Of a stretch of 64,000 nucleotides of DNA, positions 1-13,645 are shown piece after piece; position 1 is the stretch's first letter; each line of letters begins with the position of its first letter. Source of the DNA: Octopus vulgaris (Eukaryota). The DNA lies in assembly GCA_951406725.2 (NCBI GenBank), contig OX597840.1, positions 33,604,001-33,668,000 of the forward strand, written 5' to 3'. Below the pieces are notes generated by a model. That model saw only the letters and a list, made by a program, of their open reading frames with translations, did not search any database and had not been told where the DNA came from. Position numbers and translations under genes: made by a program.

Positions 1-61
1 GTATGTATGTATGTATGTATGTATGTATGTATGTATGTATGTATGTATGTATGTATGTATG

Positions 62-95
<34 letters not shown>

Positions 96-530
96 TGTAT
101 GTATGTATGTATGTATGTATGTATGTATGTATGTATGTATGTATGTATGTATGTATGTATGTATGTATGTATGTATGTATGTATGTATGTATGTATGTAT
201 GCAGGTATGTATGTGTGTATGTATGCATGTATGTAAGTATGCATGTATATATGAATGTATGTATGTGTGTATGTGTGTATGTATGTTTGTATGTATGTAT
301 GTATGTATGTATGTATGTATGCAAGACAACTTCGCCATTTCGCCACCCCTTTTTAAGGTGATAGAAAAAAATAAAAGACAAAAGTAAAAATACCAGACGT
401 GGTGAGTGGGTGGGCGGGTGGGGAACATAACTGACTGCACCCCTCTATCACAACCATCAGATTGAGCCCCCATCCCAGAACTTAAATCTGTCCAAAGAAT
501 TAAACACGAACCCAAAAGACAACACCTTAC

Positions 531-1281
531 CTGATAGGATAATCGTCAGTAGCAGTTTGAACCGCTATCGTCTCTGTTGCTCCCGTTGGCACTGGCTCAG
601 TTTGAACTTGCGTCGACTGGTCAGTGGTCTCACCAGGATCTTCTTGGACAGTGCCATTTATCGGATTGAAGACCAATGGAATATCTTCTGAAATTTCTCT
701 GAGAATCGCAACGTTTTCCGAAACGTCTCTCTCTTCCTCCGCGCTAGCATCATCACCGCCAACATCATCAGCAGCAGCAGCAACATGAACAACAGTTGTC
801 GCATCATTACATATTTCTTTTTCTTTTTCCTTTTCTTCTTCCATTTCTTTTTCTTTTTCTTCTGCTCTATCTCCTCCACCCTCCTCTCCTCCTCCTTCCC
901 GTTCTTTTTCTTCACTTCCTCTTTTTCCTTTCCTCCCTCCTTCTTCCATCACCTCAACCTCCGCCCCCACTTCTCCGTATCCATCCACGCTTGGATATTT
1001 CGTTCCTTCATCATTTATTTCCTTCTCATTGTCCACCTCCAGGCCGCCACCACCGCCACCGCCGCCACCACCACCACCACCACCACCACCACCACCATCA
1101 TAAACAGCAGCAGTGGCAGAAACGGCAGCGGTGGCATCGTCTTGGTGGAGAATCCCGTGCTGGTGTTGATGTTGTTGTTGCTGGTGTTGGTGGTGGTGGT
1201 GGTGATGATGATGGTGTTCTTGTTTCTGGTGGTGTGTGGTGTCGGGTATTTCTTGAGTGGGACGTGTACAAGCAGGCATAT
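531..1281 (-). CDS. KIAA2012-like exon (phase 1-2) with poly-His/Gln, poly-Gly and Glu-rich tracts; the gene continues beyond the window start
   Basis: ctgtttcag| acceptor and ATCAG|gtaag donor; 751 nt open (within ORF 527..1363). Confidence 0.75.
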
Positions 1282-1538
1282 CTGAAACAGACAGAGAGGT
1301 ACTTATATATATACTGAGGTACTTATATATACCGAGGTACTTATATATACAAACACAAGTCAAATGTGTAAAAGCTTACGGTCGTTTCCTTCTCAGAAGG
1401 GTACCAATCCAAGGTACTTTCCCTTCCACTACCCTCAATGAATGTGCACCCCAAGAGCTATCCTAGTCTCCACTAAATTCTTCAATCTTTCTTCCACTAC
1501 AAGAATATATTTTTCGCAATAATTCCTATATACGAGAG

Positions 1539-1569
<31 letters not shown>

Positions 1570-1695
1570 TTTATTTAAAATCAGCAGAAATATAACAAAA
1601 GCTGTTACTCAGAGTTTCACGTTCCCGTTCGTCGGACAGTTTTGTTAAAAATGAAAAAAAGAAATGTTGTTATTCAGGCACTCGACTATGAATCT

Positions 1696-1736
1696 ACTGT
1701 CCGACGAACGGGAACCGTGAAACTCTGAGTAACAGT
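1696..1736 (+). ncRNA. minimal type I hammerhead motif, U4C core variant; inverted copy at 1601-1640
   Basis: ACTGT-CCGACGA-ACGG gaa CCGT-GAAA-CTCTGAG-TA-ACAGT; all three helices pair. Confidence 0.72.
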
Positions 1737-1837
1737 TTTTGTTATATTTCTGCTGCTTTTAAATAAAGCATATTACTCTAACTCTGGTATTTGAGTACTC
1801 TTTTTTCTACCTTGTTTCACATTTATGTGCATACTCC

Positions 1838-1878
<41 letters not shown>

Positions 1879-2874
1879 GTTTTTTTCATCTCTGTGTGCT
1901 TATTTTCTCTTATTCGTTTCTGTTGAAGAGCGTAGGCTCGAAACGTGGAAGACTTTTTCATTTTCCCGAGCATCAAACTAAGACCCTCGTTGTTCATAAA
2001 CCTGCCTTTTTCTATAAATTTCAACTATACATATATATATATACTGGGGGTGTTGAAAATTTCTTGGTTTTAAGGGTTTCGTGAAGGTCCTGGTTGGAGG
2101 TTCCAACGTCTGAGTTCTATTACAGGTCTTATAAAAACTCTAGGTGCGCTGCAATAAGTGTGTAAATCTGAAAGGGAACTATGTCGATACAATCATAATT
2201 AATTGATCCTCCTGTATTTTGTTTTACCCAAAGCCAGAAGCTTTTGAGCATCCCTTGTCCTCCACCCCCGCTTAAAAACCGGTGTTGGTGTGTTTACGTG
2301 CCCGTGACATTAGCGGTTGGTCATAAGCTTAAAAATAAAAATAAACACTGGATTCAACTCATTCAACTAAAAATTCGTCAAGGTGATGCTCCAGCATGGC
2401 AAAAGTCAAATGACTGAAACAAGTAAAAGATAAAAAGAAAAATGATTAAAAAAAACTACGGAAAAGAATGAGAAAAAACATAAAGAGCAATGACTAACAA
2501 GGTGATAAGAGTAGCCTCCCTTGGGTGATATATTCTGTAACTATAGGTTGTCTCCCTTCAAAAAGTCATTTTTTTTTTTATATCTATATATAAAGCTGAA
2601 GTTGTCTGTGTATGGTAGGTTTGGTAGCCTTCAACTAACACTGTCTCCTCCGAGACCCTGCGGCTCAAGTTGACCAAAATTGAGAGTATGATAGAAGGAG
2701 GCTTGCTCTTCATTCCGTAGAAGAAAAAATTCAAATCGGACCATGTTAACACCAAAAATTATTTACATCAAAAAGGTACTTTTTTTTTCTATGAAAATCC
2801 CTATTTTTTACGATTTTTTGACTGCTGTGTCGCCATGATATATATATATATGCATGTTTATGCGTGTGTGTTGA

Positions 2875-2969
<95 letters not shown>

Positions 2970-3242
2970 TGTGTGTGTGTGTGTGTGTGTGCGTGTGATT
3001 GTGTGCATTTTTTTACTTTGTCTCTCCATCATGACTTGACAATTGGCGTTGGTTTGTTAACGCCTTTGTAACTTAGCGGTTCGACAAAAGACACCCGATA
3101 CGGTGAGTACCAGACTTATAAAAAAATAAAAAAAGACAATTACTGGTGCCGATTTATTCGTAGTGTTGCCCCAGCATGTCTGCAGTCCATTGACTGAAAC
3201 AATTAAAAGATTTCAAAAGAATGTAAATATAAGATATCTCAC

Positions 3243-3339
3243 CATGACTGTCCTTGTTTTCTGTTTGGTTTTCTATATATTCGTCAGTCAGCCAATCACA
3301 ATTCAGAGACAAGGCACGTGATACTTCTCGACTAACCAC
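3243..3339 (-). CDS. KIAA2012-like exon (phase 0-1): VVSREVSRALSLNCDWLTDEYIENQTENKDSH
   Basis: tttttaaatag| acceptor and CATG|gtgag donor; 97 nt; it bridges the phase 0 and phase 1 neighbours exactly. Confidence 0.75.
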
Positions 3340-3460
3340 CTATTTAAAAACATCCGAAATTACACAAACATTTTGGAGGTATCTCACTTTGTTTCTCTCT
3401 TTTCTTTTTTTTCATTGTAACAAAATTGTTTTTAAAAATTCATATACAAGGATATATATA

Positions 3461-3565
<105 letters not shown>

Positions 3566-3719
3566 TAAATAAATGGAGTTGAATGCAGATGTTATTCAAA
3601 TTCTTTTATTTTCTACATATGTTTCGAAGACAACATTGGTTTTATTCCAAAGGAATAAACGGTGTAAAATAACGTAATCTTCTCATCAGGAAAGAAAGAG
3701 CCAAGGCACGTGATACTTC

Positions 3720-3805
3720 CTTTCCTGATGAGAAGATTGCACTATTTTACACCGTTTATTCATTTGGAATAAAACCAATGTTGTCTTCGAAACATATGTA
3801 GAAAG
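3720..3805 (+). ncRNA. type I hammerhead ribozyme, canonical core; inverted copy on the minus strand at about 3609-3694
   Basis: Helix I CTTTC/GAAAG; CTGATGA at 3725-3731; helix II GAAGA/TCTTC with a long insert; GAAA; palindromic ACATATGT helix III; GUA cleavage triplet ending at 3800. Confidence 0.85.
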
Positions 3806-3999
3806 TAAAAGAATTTAAATAACATCTGCGTTCAACTCCATTTATTTACTTATACTATACAAATTACTGCACATTAGACCGGAGTTTTTACTTTTGAATA
3901 GGTCACTACATCCTTGTTACTTGCGTGAATTTTGCTACCCTAGTAACTGTTTATTCAATTATCAATGTTAACTTGAAACAAAGGATAATTCATTCATCC

Positions 4000-4045
<46 letters not shown>

Positions 4046-4405
4046 TAATTATTTTAAATTTGGTCTACACCAAGGAACTGCTTCTTTCAGTTTCCGTCTA
4101 CCAAATCCACTCACAAGGCTTTGGTCGGCCAGAGACTATAGCAGAAGACACTTGCCCAAGGTGCCACGCAGTGGGATTGAACCCGGAACTATGTGGTTGG
4201 TAAGCAAGCTACTTACCACACAGCCATTCCTGCGCCTAAATCTATTTTAGAAACTCCTTTCTTACTACAAGGAACCTTCCACTTTTTCTGTCCCAAAGGG
4301 CTTTTCAGTGCTTGTGCCTCGAAAACAGAATTGAGCGAATACTGGCGGACTGAGAGGTTGGTCAAATGAGGGATTGATAAACTGGATGAGATTAAATTGA
4401 CTCAC

Positions 4406-4536
4406 CCTGATGTCAGAATCCAAATCCAAGCCGGAACCTTCCTGCTCTAGAACGAAACTGGCCATCTTTTGAGCATTTGTGGCCAACATTTCGATCACTT
4501 CTGATGCTGTCGGTTCCGAAGTCGAACTTCTTTTCT
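4406..4536 (-). CDS. KIAA2012-like exon (phase 1-0): EKRSSTSEPTASEVIEMLATNAQKMASFVLEQEGSGLDLDSDIR
   Basis: (att)n-acag| acceptor and AGG|gtgagt donor; 131 nt; phases chain with both neighbours. Confidence 0.78.
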
Positions 4537-4538
4537 CT

Positions 4539-4586
<48 letters not shown>

Positions 4587-5067
4587 TGTCTTGGTATAAA
4601 AGATGGGCTACAGCAAATATTCTGCTCAATACCACAGATTTTCTTGTCAGTTGCTTGACCATAACCAGTTGAGCATGTCCCTTAGTGGCTTACGATATGT
4701 GCATCTCTGATCACGAGCAGAAGTAGTGGGGGAGCATCATAGCCATGTGTTGAGAGGGATTCTTTGGAGTTTGAATAATTCACCTTTGGAAACATGAGTG
4801 TTTCGTTCAACATCCTTAAACAACCCTTATTCAGGGACCTTTTGAGCGGGATGGGTTACTCGACCAGAAGAAAATTCTAACTGGGCCCCACCTGCAAGGT
4901 CATGCGCTGTTTATCTTGATATGAGATTACCATGTTGCGCACATACGGTTGTGATGCATGTTTCTGGTGTACCCTTATCAGACGGGTAGTCATGATGGGT
5001 ATAATGGGCTTCGTATATTTGTACCCCAGTGTCGCTTTGATGGCATACACTGCTCTCTCACTCAATG

Positions 5068-5161
<94 letters not shown>

Positions 5162-5168
5162 TAATAAC

Positions 5169-5252
<84 letters not shown>

Positions 5253-5538
5253 AATGATCCCTGGCTTATCATCCCTGCAAGAAGTGCAAAAGATTGTCTT
5301 AACTGGTACATCACACGTATTGAGAAGAGCATTGTCGATGTGAGAACTATTACTACCCATGTATTTTAATTTAACTTTATTTCTATCAAAAAAAAAAAAA
5401 ATTAACGAACTAGTGAGTTTAGTTTAAAGGCCTACAAATGTATACTATGAGTTTCTTTGCCCTAGGAGTCGGGAAGACACTTGGCAAGAAATGGAAGCAA
5501 ATTTGAAAGAAGAAGGAAAACCCATAAATAATAAAAAC

Positions 5539-5621
<83 letters not shown>

Positions 5622-5684
5622 CATGATATCTATGTAAAAACATAACTGGGTGTGTGCACGTATGTATACAGTGATGTCACTTAC

Positions 5685-5870
5685 CTCCCTCAGCAGCGCG
5701 TTGTCCTTCACTATAGATTCCGTGGTGACCATTTGGCTGCGCCGTCCCTGCATCTGTATAGATGTCCGGTAAATATAGTTCGCCCCTGTGCTGCACTGCA
5801 CCGCCAACGTGCACTATCTCTCCTCCCGGTGCATACACGATACTTCCTTTGATATCAGGTGCGTCTCCGA
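5685..5870 (-). CDS. KIAA2012-like exon (phase 1-1): GDAPDIKGSIVYAPGGEIVHVGGAVQHRGELYLPDIY...
   Basis: tttccag| acceptor and GAG|gtaagt donor; 186 nt open in phase 1. Confidence 0.78.
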
Positions 5871-5979
5871 CTGGAAATTAAGAATTGGTTTCAAATTTTG
5901 GCCAGTAATTTCTGGAGGGGGGTGGGGTAATTAAATTGATTGCATCAACCCCAGTGCTCAACTGGTACTTGTTTTACTG

Positions 5980-6578
5980 TGAGCTGGCAGAAACGTTAGC
6001 ATGCTGGGCGAAATGCTTAGCGGTATTTTGTCTGCCGTTACGTTCTGAGTTCAAATTCCGCCGAGGTCGACTTTGCTTTTTATCCTTTCGGGGTCGATAA
6101 ATTAAGTACCAGTTATGCACTGGGGTCGATGTAATCGACTTAATCCGTTTGTCTATCCTTATTTGTCCCCTCTGTGTTTAGCCCCTTGTGGGTAGTAAAG
6201 AAATAGACATTTCGTCTGCCGCTACGTTCTGAGTTCAAATTCCGCCGAGGTCGACTTTGCCTTTCATCCTTTCGGGGTCGATAAATTAAGTACCAGTTAT
6301 GCACTGGGGTCGATGTAATCGACTTAATCCGTTTGTCTATCCTTATTTGTCCCCTCTGTGTTTAGCCCCTTGTGGGTAGTAAAGAAATAGACATTTCGTC
6401 TGCCGCTACGTTCTGAGTTCAAATTCCGCCGAGGTCGACTTTGCCTTTCATCCTCTCGGGGTCAATTAAATAAGTACCAGTTACGCACTGGAGTCGATAT
6501 AATCGAATTAATCCGTTTGCCTGTCCTTGTTTGTCCTCTTTGTGTTTAGCCCCTAGTGGGTAGTAAAGAAATAGGTAT
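5980..6578 (+). mobile_element. SINE family B (Deu/Nin-domain type), tandem trimer nested in an older minus-strand copy
   Basis: B box GAGTTCAAATTC and GCCTTTCATCCTTTCGGGGTCGATAAATTAAGTACCAG domain; 184-bp period; TSD TTGTTTTACTG at 5969-5979 and 6579-6589. Other copies: 12974-13207(-), 14676-14780(+), 17445-17595(-), 39020-39291(-), 48260-48450(+), 49113-49355(+). Confidence 0.85.
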
Positions 6579-6679
6579 TTGTTTTACTGACCCCGAAAGG
6601 ATAAAATGCAAAGGTGCCTTCGGCGGAATTTGAACTCAGAACATAAAGACAAACAAAAAAAAAACGTAATAGTACTTAC

Positions 6680-7051
6680 ATTTTCTCCTGTGCTGCTGAC
6701 GATGACAAAGGAGGCGATGACGACTTTGGTGATGTAGAGTGGGAGGCGGAAGATGAGCATGAGTAGGAGGAGGTGGAGAATGAAGGGGTGGAAGAAAGTA
6801 TGGTTGCTGTCGTTGGTGATGCTGCGGAGGCGGCGGATGCTGAAGGTGAGGGGATGGAGGAGGAGGAGGACGAGGAGAAGAAGGAGGAGATGGAGCAGGA
6901 GTTGGAGGGTGAATGGGAGGGAAAAGACGGTGAGGGACATGAGGGAGATTGGTGCAAGGTTGAGTGATGCTGCTACGGGCCGGCTGTTTCGCCGTTCTGG
7001 AACTTTCGCTGATCAACGGTAGCAGAGATGATGTTTGGTCATAAGAATTAA
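6680..7051 (-). CDS. KIAA2012-like exon, Pro/His-rich (phase 1-1): NSYDQTSSLLPLISESSR...HRQQHRRK
   Basis: ttcccccttccag-type acceptor and AAAT|gtaagt donor; 372 nt open; phase matches the next exon. Confidence 0.72.
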
Positions 7052-7077
7052 CTGGAAAGGGGGAAAAAGAAATTAAT

Positions 7078-7120
<43 letters not shown>

Positions 7121-7215
7121 CAACAACAACAACAACAACAACAATAATAATAATAATAATAGTAATAGTAATAGTAATAATAACAATAACAACAACAACA
7201 ACAACAACAACAATA

Positions 7216-7282
<67 letters not shown>

Positions 7283-7715
7283 TGAGGGAATACTATTCCA
7301 AACTTACATGTAAATAATTCAATTTAGAAATACTAAATCAAATTTCAAAAAATATGATATATATATATATATATATTACATACGGATAGTACATACGGAT
7401 ATTTTATCCTTAAGTTGGTTATTATAACCGCTAACTCTGCTTACCTTATATATATATATATATATTATATATATAAATTAGAAAAAAACACGTTATCAAT
7501 TCAATAATGAAAAATTAAATTATACCATTTAGAAAAATTACATATTATAGAAAGATTAGATATAAGATAAAACGTATAACAATGATTAAGTAATGTGCAA
7601 AATAGTAAATATAACGTATATATTTGGTAGAATACTTAATCTTTCTATAAGATGTAATTTTTCTAAATGGTATAATTTAATTTTTCATTATTGAATTAAG
7701 AGGTGGTTTTTTCTA

Positions 7716-7781
<66 letters not shown>

Positions 7782-8456
7782 AGAGTTTACGAAAAAAACA
7801 AAACACGAAGACAGGTGGTTTACAAAACAAACACATGTATTAATATAACGTTCAGGAATAGAAAAAGTCTTTTGCGTTTCGAGCCTACGCTCTTCGACAG
7901 AAAGGGACACAGAAAGAAACAAGGAGAGAAAACAAAATGTGTAGTGGCTAACGATCTATATATATATATATAAAAGTTAAGCAGAGTTAAGGGTTATAAT
8001 AACCAAGTTAGGGATAACATATTCGTATGTACTATCGGTATCTGTTACCCGTGTTATCTCTGGGTGTGGGTATGCAGGCACACTACGCTCGTAGAGTACA
8101 GGTAACAACAAAATAAACAAAACTTTATCAAGAATCAAATATAAATAATCAGATAATGGAAAAACCTTCAGATCAACATTCAAATCAACTGGTCCACATC
8201 TATAGCGTATTATTTAATACAACGCATGGCATAACATCTATGTGACGTTTATGTCATATAAATGTTATATCATGTTTTGTATTAAATAATACGCTATAGA
8301 TGTGGTCCTAAGTGCTGGAGTTGATTTACTCGACTGCAGGAAATTCACCCCCCAAAGGAAAATTTTCTAGTTCTGTACTTTAGGAGATGTAATAACTTGT
8401 CTTGTACTTTTCCAGATTTATAATCTTACGAATATTATTTCGCTTTTTTCTATGTA

Positions 8457-8845
8457 ATGTATGTATGTATGTGTGTATGTATGTATGTATGTATGTATGT
8501 ATGTATGTATGTATGTGTGTATGTATGCATGTATGTATGTATGTATGTATGTATGTATGTATGTATGTATGTATGTATGTATGTATGTATGTATGTATGT
8601 ATGTATGTATGTATGTATGTATGTATGTATGTATGTATGTATGTATGTATGTATGTATGTATGTATGTATGTATGTATGTATGTATGTATGTGTGTATGT
8701 ACGTACGTTTATGTATGTATGTATGTATGTATGTATGTATGTATGTATGTATGTATGTATGTATGTATGTATGTATGTGTGTATGTATGTATGTATGTAT
8801 GTATGTATGTATGTATGTATGTATGTATGTATGTATGTATGTATG

Positions 8846-8879
<34 letters not shown>

Positions 8880-9158
8880 TGTATGTATGTATGTATGTAT
8901 TTATTTATGTATGTATGTATGTATGTATGTGTGTATTTATTTATTTATGTATGTATGTATGTATTTATTTATGTATGTATGTATGTATTTATGTATGCAT
9001 GCATGTATGTATGTATGTATGTATGTATGTATGTGAGTGTGTATGTGTGTGTGTATGTATGTATGTATGTATATTATGTATGTATGTATGTATGTATGTA
9101 TGTATGTATGTATGTATGTATGTATGTATGTATGTATGTATGTATGTATGTATGTATA
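8457..9158 (+). repeat. (TATG)n microsatellite, representative of many long SSRs
   Basis: Other tracts: (TATG)n 1-320; (GATA)n 12018-12291 and 56821-57277; (CAT/CAC)n 25650-26340; (GAA)n 37800-38310; (ATT)n 48452-49070; (AAT/AAC)n 57425-58003; many (AT)n. Confidence 0.97.
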
Positions 9159-9954
9159 TAAAATACAAAATGGGACAAGAACGCAAAACATCCGGATAAC
9201 AAGGTGATACAAAAAGGGACAACAAAACGTCCAGATAGACGATAAAAAAAAACAAGAACGGGTCATTCGAAGCTTTCTATCCTCAGTCATGAACCAGATT
9301 ATCCTAGCAATTTCGGCTGATTAATCTTAAGATTGCTCCAATCTGGCCAGTCCCAATGAAAAACTAAGCTATGAGCATTAGATTCTTTGGAATGAAGCAT
9401 CGAATGTATACGAAACAAGGACGGAAAAAACGGACAATGTTACACAAATATAAATACAATAAAAATTTTTTAAAAAACAGTAAAAATAATAACGTATGTA
9501 TTTATGTATGTATGTGTATACACACATACATACACACTTTGCAAAAATACGTGACGAAACAGCTCATATTTATACTGAAATTTTCACAATCATTCACTCT
9601 ATTGCAGTATATTATAAAGAGGCTAATGTATATATTAAAAAGACGATAAAAAAACACATTAGATTTAATGAAACGAAACAAAATACTTGTCTAAGTTTTT
9701 GTTTGTAAAGAACGGTTACATAAATCACTTGAAACTAAAACAATGTGTGGAATATTCAATACTGTCCACGGAGCAAATATTTTAATTATAAAACGGATAT
9801 CAGATTTTGTACAATTGTAACACGAAGACTCTTAGCTGAATGCTGCCGATTGTAACTCTGTGTGAGTGTGTGTGTCTGTGTGTATACATATATGCATATC
9901 TATACATATGTATATATATATATATATATACACATACACACATATACATAAAAC

Positions 9955-10000
<46 letters not shown>

Positions 10001-10154
10001 GTAAATGTAATATGTGACAATTATTCGGTAGCCATTATAAAACTCTGAGTTGCGGATAAATTCCTCTATTACATAATGTAAATGTAAATTCCTCTATTTA
10101 CATAATATCGAGGTCTCTTTCATTCTTTTGTTGTCTTACCAGTTTTATCAATAT

Positions 10155-10269
<115 letters not shown>

Positions 10270-10351
10270 GGTCCGGGGTTGACCACAGTAATTAAGGTAC
10301 TCAATACATAGCAGAGTAAATTAATTTATTTTATAGAGCTCCTTCTATAAA

Positions 10352-10438
<87 letters not shown>

Positions 10439-11035
10439 TGCGTGTAGTCATACATATTACATATGTGTATGTGTACATGTATAAATATGTATATGTATGT
10501 GTGTGTGTGTGTGTGTGTATCTAAATCCAAGAACTGAACTTTTTGGATCATGTCCATATATAGCTAAATATTTGTTACGTTTTTGGTCCCACCAAGATTA
10601 CAGATAGAACCTGCTTTTTACATTCTGTCCACGTACTAGCATTTCATTTCTTACATGTATATTTTTATATTTTTACATATTTTTATATATATTTTTTATA
10701 TATTTTATTGCTTTATATATTTTTATATTTTTTTCTGTACTTTACCTTTCACCCTGCATATTTGTGCATCTGCGTATAGAGACGTGTATATGAACATAAT
10801 TGTGCGCGCATGGGTACATCAGTGGCGTGGAGAGGGAAGGCCGGTATGCATGGGCGACTGCTGGTCTTCCATAAACAATCTTGCCCGGACTTGTGCATGG
10901 GGAGGTAACTTTCTAGGTGCAATCCCATGGTCAGTCATGACCGAAGGGGGTCTTAGCAGCAGCAGCTCATATATATATATATATGAAAATCAAGTCAGGA
11001 TAGAAAATGCTAAAATAATTTTATAAAGAACATTT

Positions 11036-11071
11036 CAGTACCGGTTTCAGTCATTGAGACTTTTTCAACTG
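11036..11071 (-). ncRNA. minimal hammerhead motif, U3-A8 variant; further copies at 44555-44590 and 43438-43473
   Basis: CAG-TTGAAAA-AGTC tcaat GACT-GAAA-CCGG-TA-CTG. The 43.4 kb copy has GUG at the cleavage triplet. Confidence 0.65.
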
Positions 11072-11147
11072 TAACAATTAAATAAGTAAATTTAGAAAAA
11101 TAAAAAGAAAAGTTTTTTTGAAAGAATATTTGTATATATATATATAT

Positions 11148-11191
<44 letters not shown>

Positions 11192-11200
11192 GAAACATAC

Positions 11201-11823
11201 GTGTGGGTGAACAAACGAAAGAAAGCATCTCCCAACGCTAATAACAGATTGACTTGACTCAGGAGCATTCAGTGAAAGAACGAATGTCACTGAAATGTCA
11301 CATCCTACTGAATACCCACTAAATAACGCCGACGTCCTGTCAGCTCTATCACGTGGAGAATTCACAGAAGAAACTGGTGTCGTTGTATTGTGCAGGAGTT
11401 GTGAAACGTCGCACTTACCGTTATTCTCGTATCCTGAGCGAAAAGCGGCATCTACAGAAACGACGGCAGTAGCACCAGAAGTGGAAGTTGTAGCTAGACA
11501 TTTTGGCTTCTGTTGTATAAGAGGCAGCGTGAGTGATGACCGTACTGTGCTCTCCTTAGACGCTTTAACATCTGTTAACAAGTGTTTCGTCGTCGTGTGC
11601 TCGTTTGCAATAGTGCCTCTATGATCGCCATTAAGCCGGTGGGTAATGGTATTAGTAAACGTAGACGTGGCAGTAGCTGTAAGGGTTGTCTTGGTTGTAC
11701 AGTTTGGTACAGGAGGGAGAGTAACAGTAGTAGGAGCATAGGTAGTGACTGCTGTTGCGTTTCTAACAGGATTTAGTTCTGGAAATTCCACAGATTCAAT
11801 AGGACCATACTGTCCAGTATTTT
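11201..11823 (-). CDS. probable KIAA2012-like exon, Thr/Ser-rich (phase 1-0)
   Basis: cattttgcag| acceptor, 623 nt of open non-repetitive sequence, CAC|gtatgt donor. Confidence 0.65.
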
Positions 11824-11960
11824 CTGCAAAAATGAAAAGATGGGTAGACTATAGACACAGAGGGAAAACCACACACACACACACACACGCACGCACACAC
11901 ACATATATATTTATATTTATATATATATGCATCTATCTATCTATTTATTTATCTCTCTAT

Positions 11961-12020
<60 letters not shown>

Positions 12021-12057
12021 TAGATAGATAGATAGATAGACAGAGAGATAGATAGAC

Positions 12058-12092
<35 letters not shown>

Positions 12093-12125
12093 CAGAGAAA
12101 TAGATAAATAGATAGATAGACAGAG

Positions 12126-12216
<91 letters not shown>

Positions 12217-12217
12217 C

Positions 12218-12290
<73 letters not shown>

Positions 12291-12561
12291 TAGTTGCATA
12301 CATACAAACACAATCTGATGTGTTTTCACACCTTGCCTATGAATAGGATTTTTCCGAGGGCTATTCTCGCAGCGACAGGTCCTCACAAGTCAGAGCATAC
12401 ATGAACGTGTTAAGTAGGATTATATACACCTATATATAAATAAATATTTAGATGTGCTTTCATGCATATTGTGTATGAGGAGAATTTTCTCTGGAGACCA
12501 TTTCAACAGTGAAAGATCTTCCAAGTGTACAACTGAGCACGAGCGTGTTAATATGATTCTA

Positions 12562-12838
12562 CAGTAATTTCTCGACTATCGCGGGTGTTACGTTCCAAAA
12601 CACCCCGAAATAGGTGAAAATCCGCGAAGTATAAACAGTACTATACTATATATATTTTTTATCATTTTTGTAATTTGTGTATTTTTATTTTATCATAAAC
12701 GCAAAACACACCACGGAGGAATCGCCGTAAGCTTAGATAATAAACCGCGATAGGTGAACTGCGATAAGTGAACCGCGATAAATGAACCGCGATAAGTGAA
12801 TCGCGATAGATGAACCGTTATATGGCTAGGGATTATTG
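12562..12838. mobile_element. Tigger/pogo-type MITE with internal 14-bp GTGAACCGCGATAA repeats
   Basis: CAGTAATCCCTCG-type TIRs and TA flanks; further copies at about 31379-31617 and 42725-42930. Confidence 0.75.
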
Positions 12839-13272
12839 TACATACTTACACCAATACATAAATAAATTATTTTGATGTTTTCCCACTTCTTTATGACGGG
12901 AATTTTCCCCCCGAGTCTTTTTCCGTTCCGAAGAGCTCTTCCCACATCTGAGTGTGCACGAACGTACTAAATACCTATTTCTTTACTACCCACAAGGGGC
13001 TAAATGCAGAGGGGACAAACAAGGACAGACAAACGGATTAAGTCGATTATATCGACCCCAGTGCGTAACTGGTACTTACTTAATCGACCCCGAAAGGATG
13101 AAAGGCAAAGTCGACCTCGGTAGAATTTGAACTCAGAACGTAGCGGCAGACGAAATAGTGCTAAGCATTTCGCCCGGCGTGCTAACGTTTCTGCCAGCTC
13201 GCCGCCTAAATATCATTGTACTCAAACATATTAACAGAAAAATATTTTTATGTGTTATCTACGTTGTTTCAC

Positions 13273-13441
13273 CTGTTGTGGTTTTTCTAGTGTTCGCGTC
13301 AAGTCTTGAATATCTGGATGTCCTTTTGGCAGTCTTGTGACTCGCATGGAGTTGGTTCTGTATATTTCGCTCATTACCGGCCAAATTGGTAACTGGACGC
13401 TGGAACCGAAACCGGCTATGGTTCTGAGTAGCCAATATTGA
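13273..13441 (-). CDS. probable KIAA2012-like exon (phase 0-1): SILATQNHSRFRFQRP...NTRKTTT
   Basis: tttgccttttcag| acceptor and ACAG|gtgaaa donor; open in phase 0. A second frame is also open, so the reading frame is not certain. Confidence 0.55.
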
Positions 13442-13645
13442 CTGAAAAGGCAAAAATTACATATGTACTCATATATTAATTCTGTTGTGTCTGGTGAGAG
13501 TCATTCTCTTTTAGTACCTTATTATCTAACACACTCACCGGTAAAATTTCCACTTATTTCGTCTTTTTATTTTCCTAAAATTTTCAACAAACGAACTCAT
13601 ATAAAGAATCTTGCAAACCATATCCAAAAACGAAACATATATTAA

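Noticed and set aside
3-387. MYVC, YI, HT, poly-N/I/L and poly-K/E ORFs throughout the window
   Set aside because: These are translations of microsatellites that lack stop codons, with no splice or motif support.
9255-9295. Minus-strand CTGAGGA..GAA/TTC..GAAT motif, related copy at about 50965-51005
   Set aside because: GAAT replaces GAAA, helices I and III do not pair cleanly and the copies disagree at position 8; at best a decayed motif.
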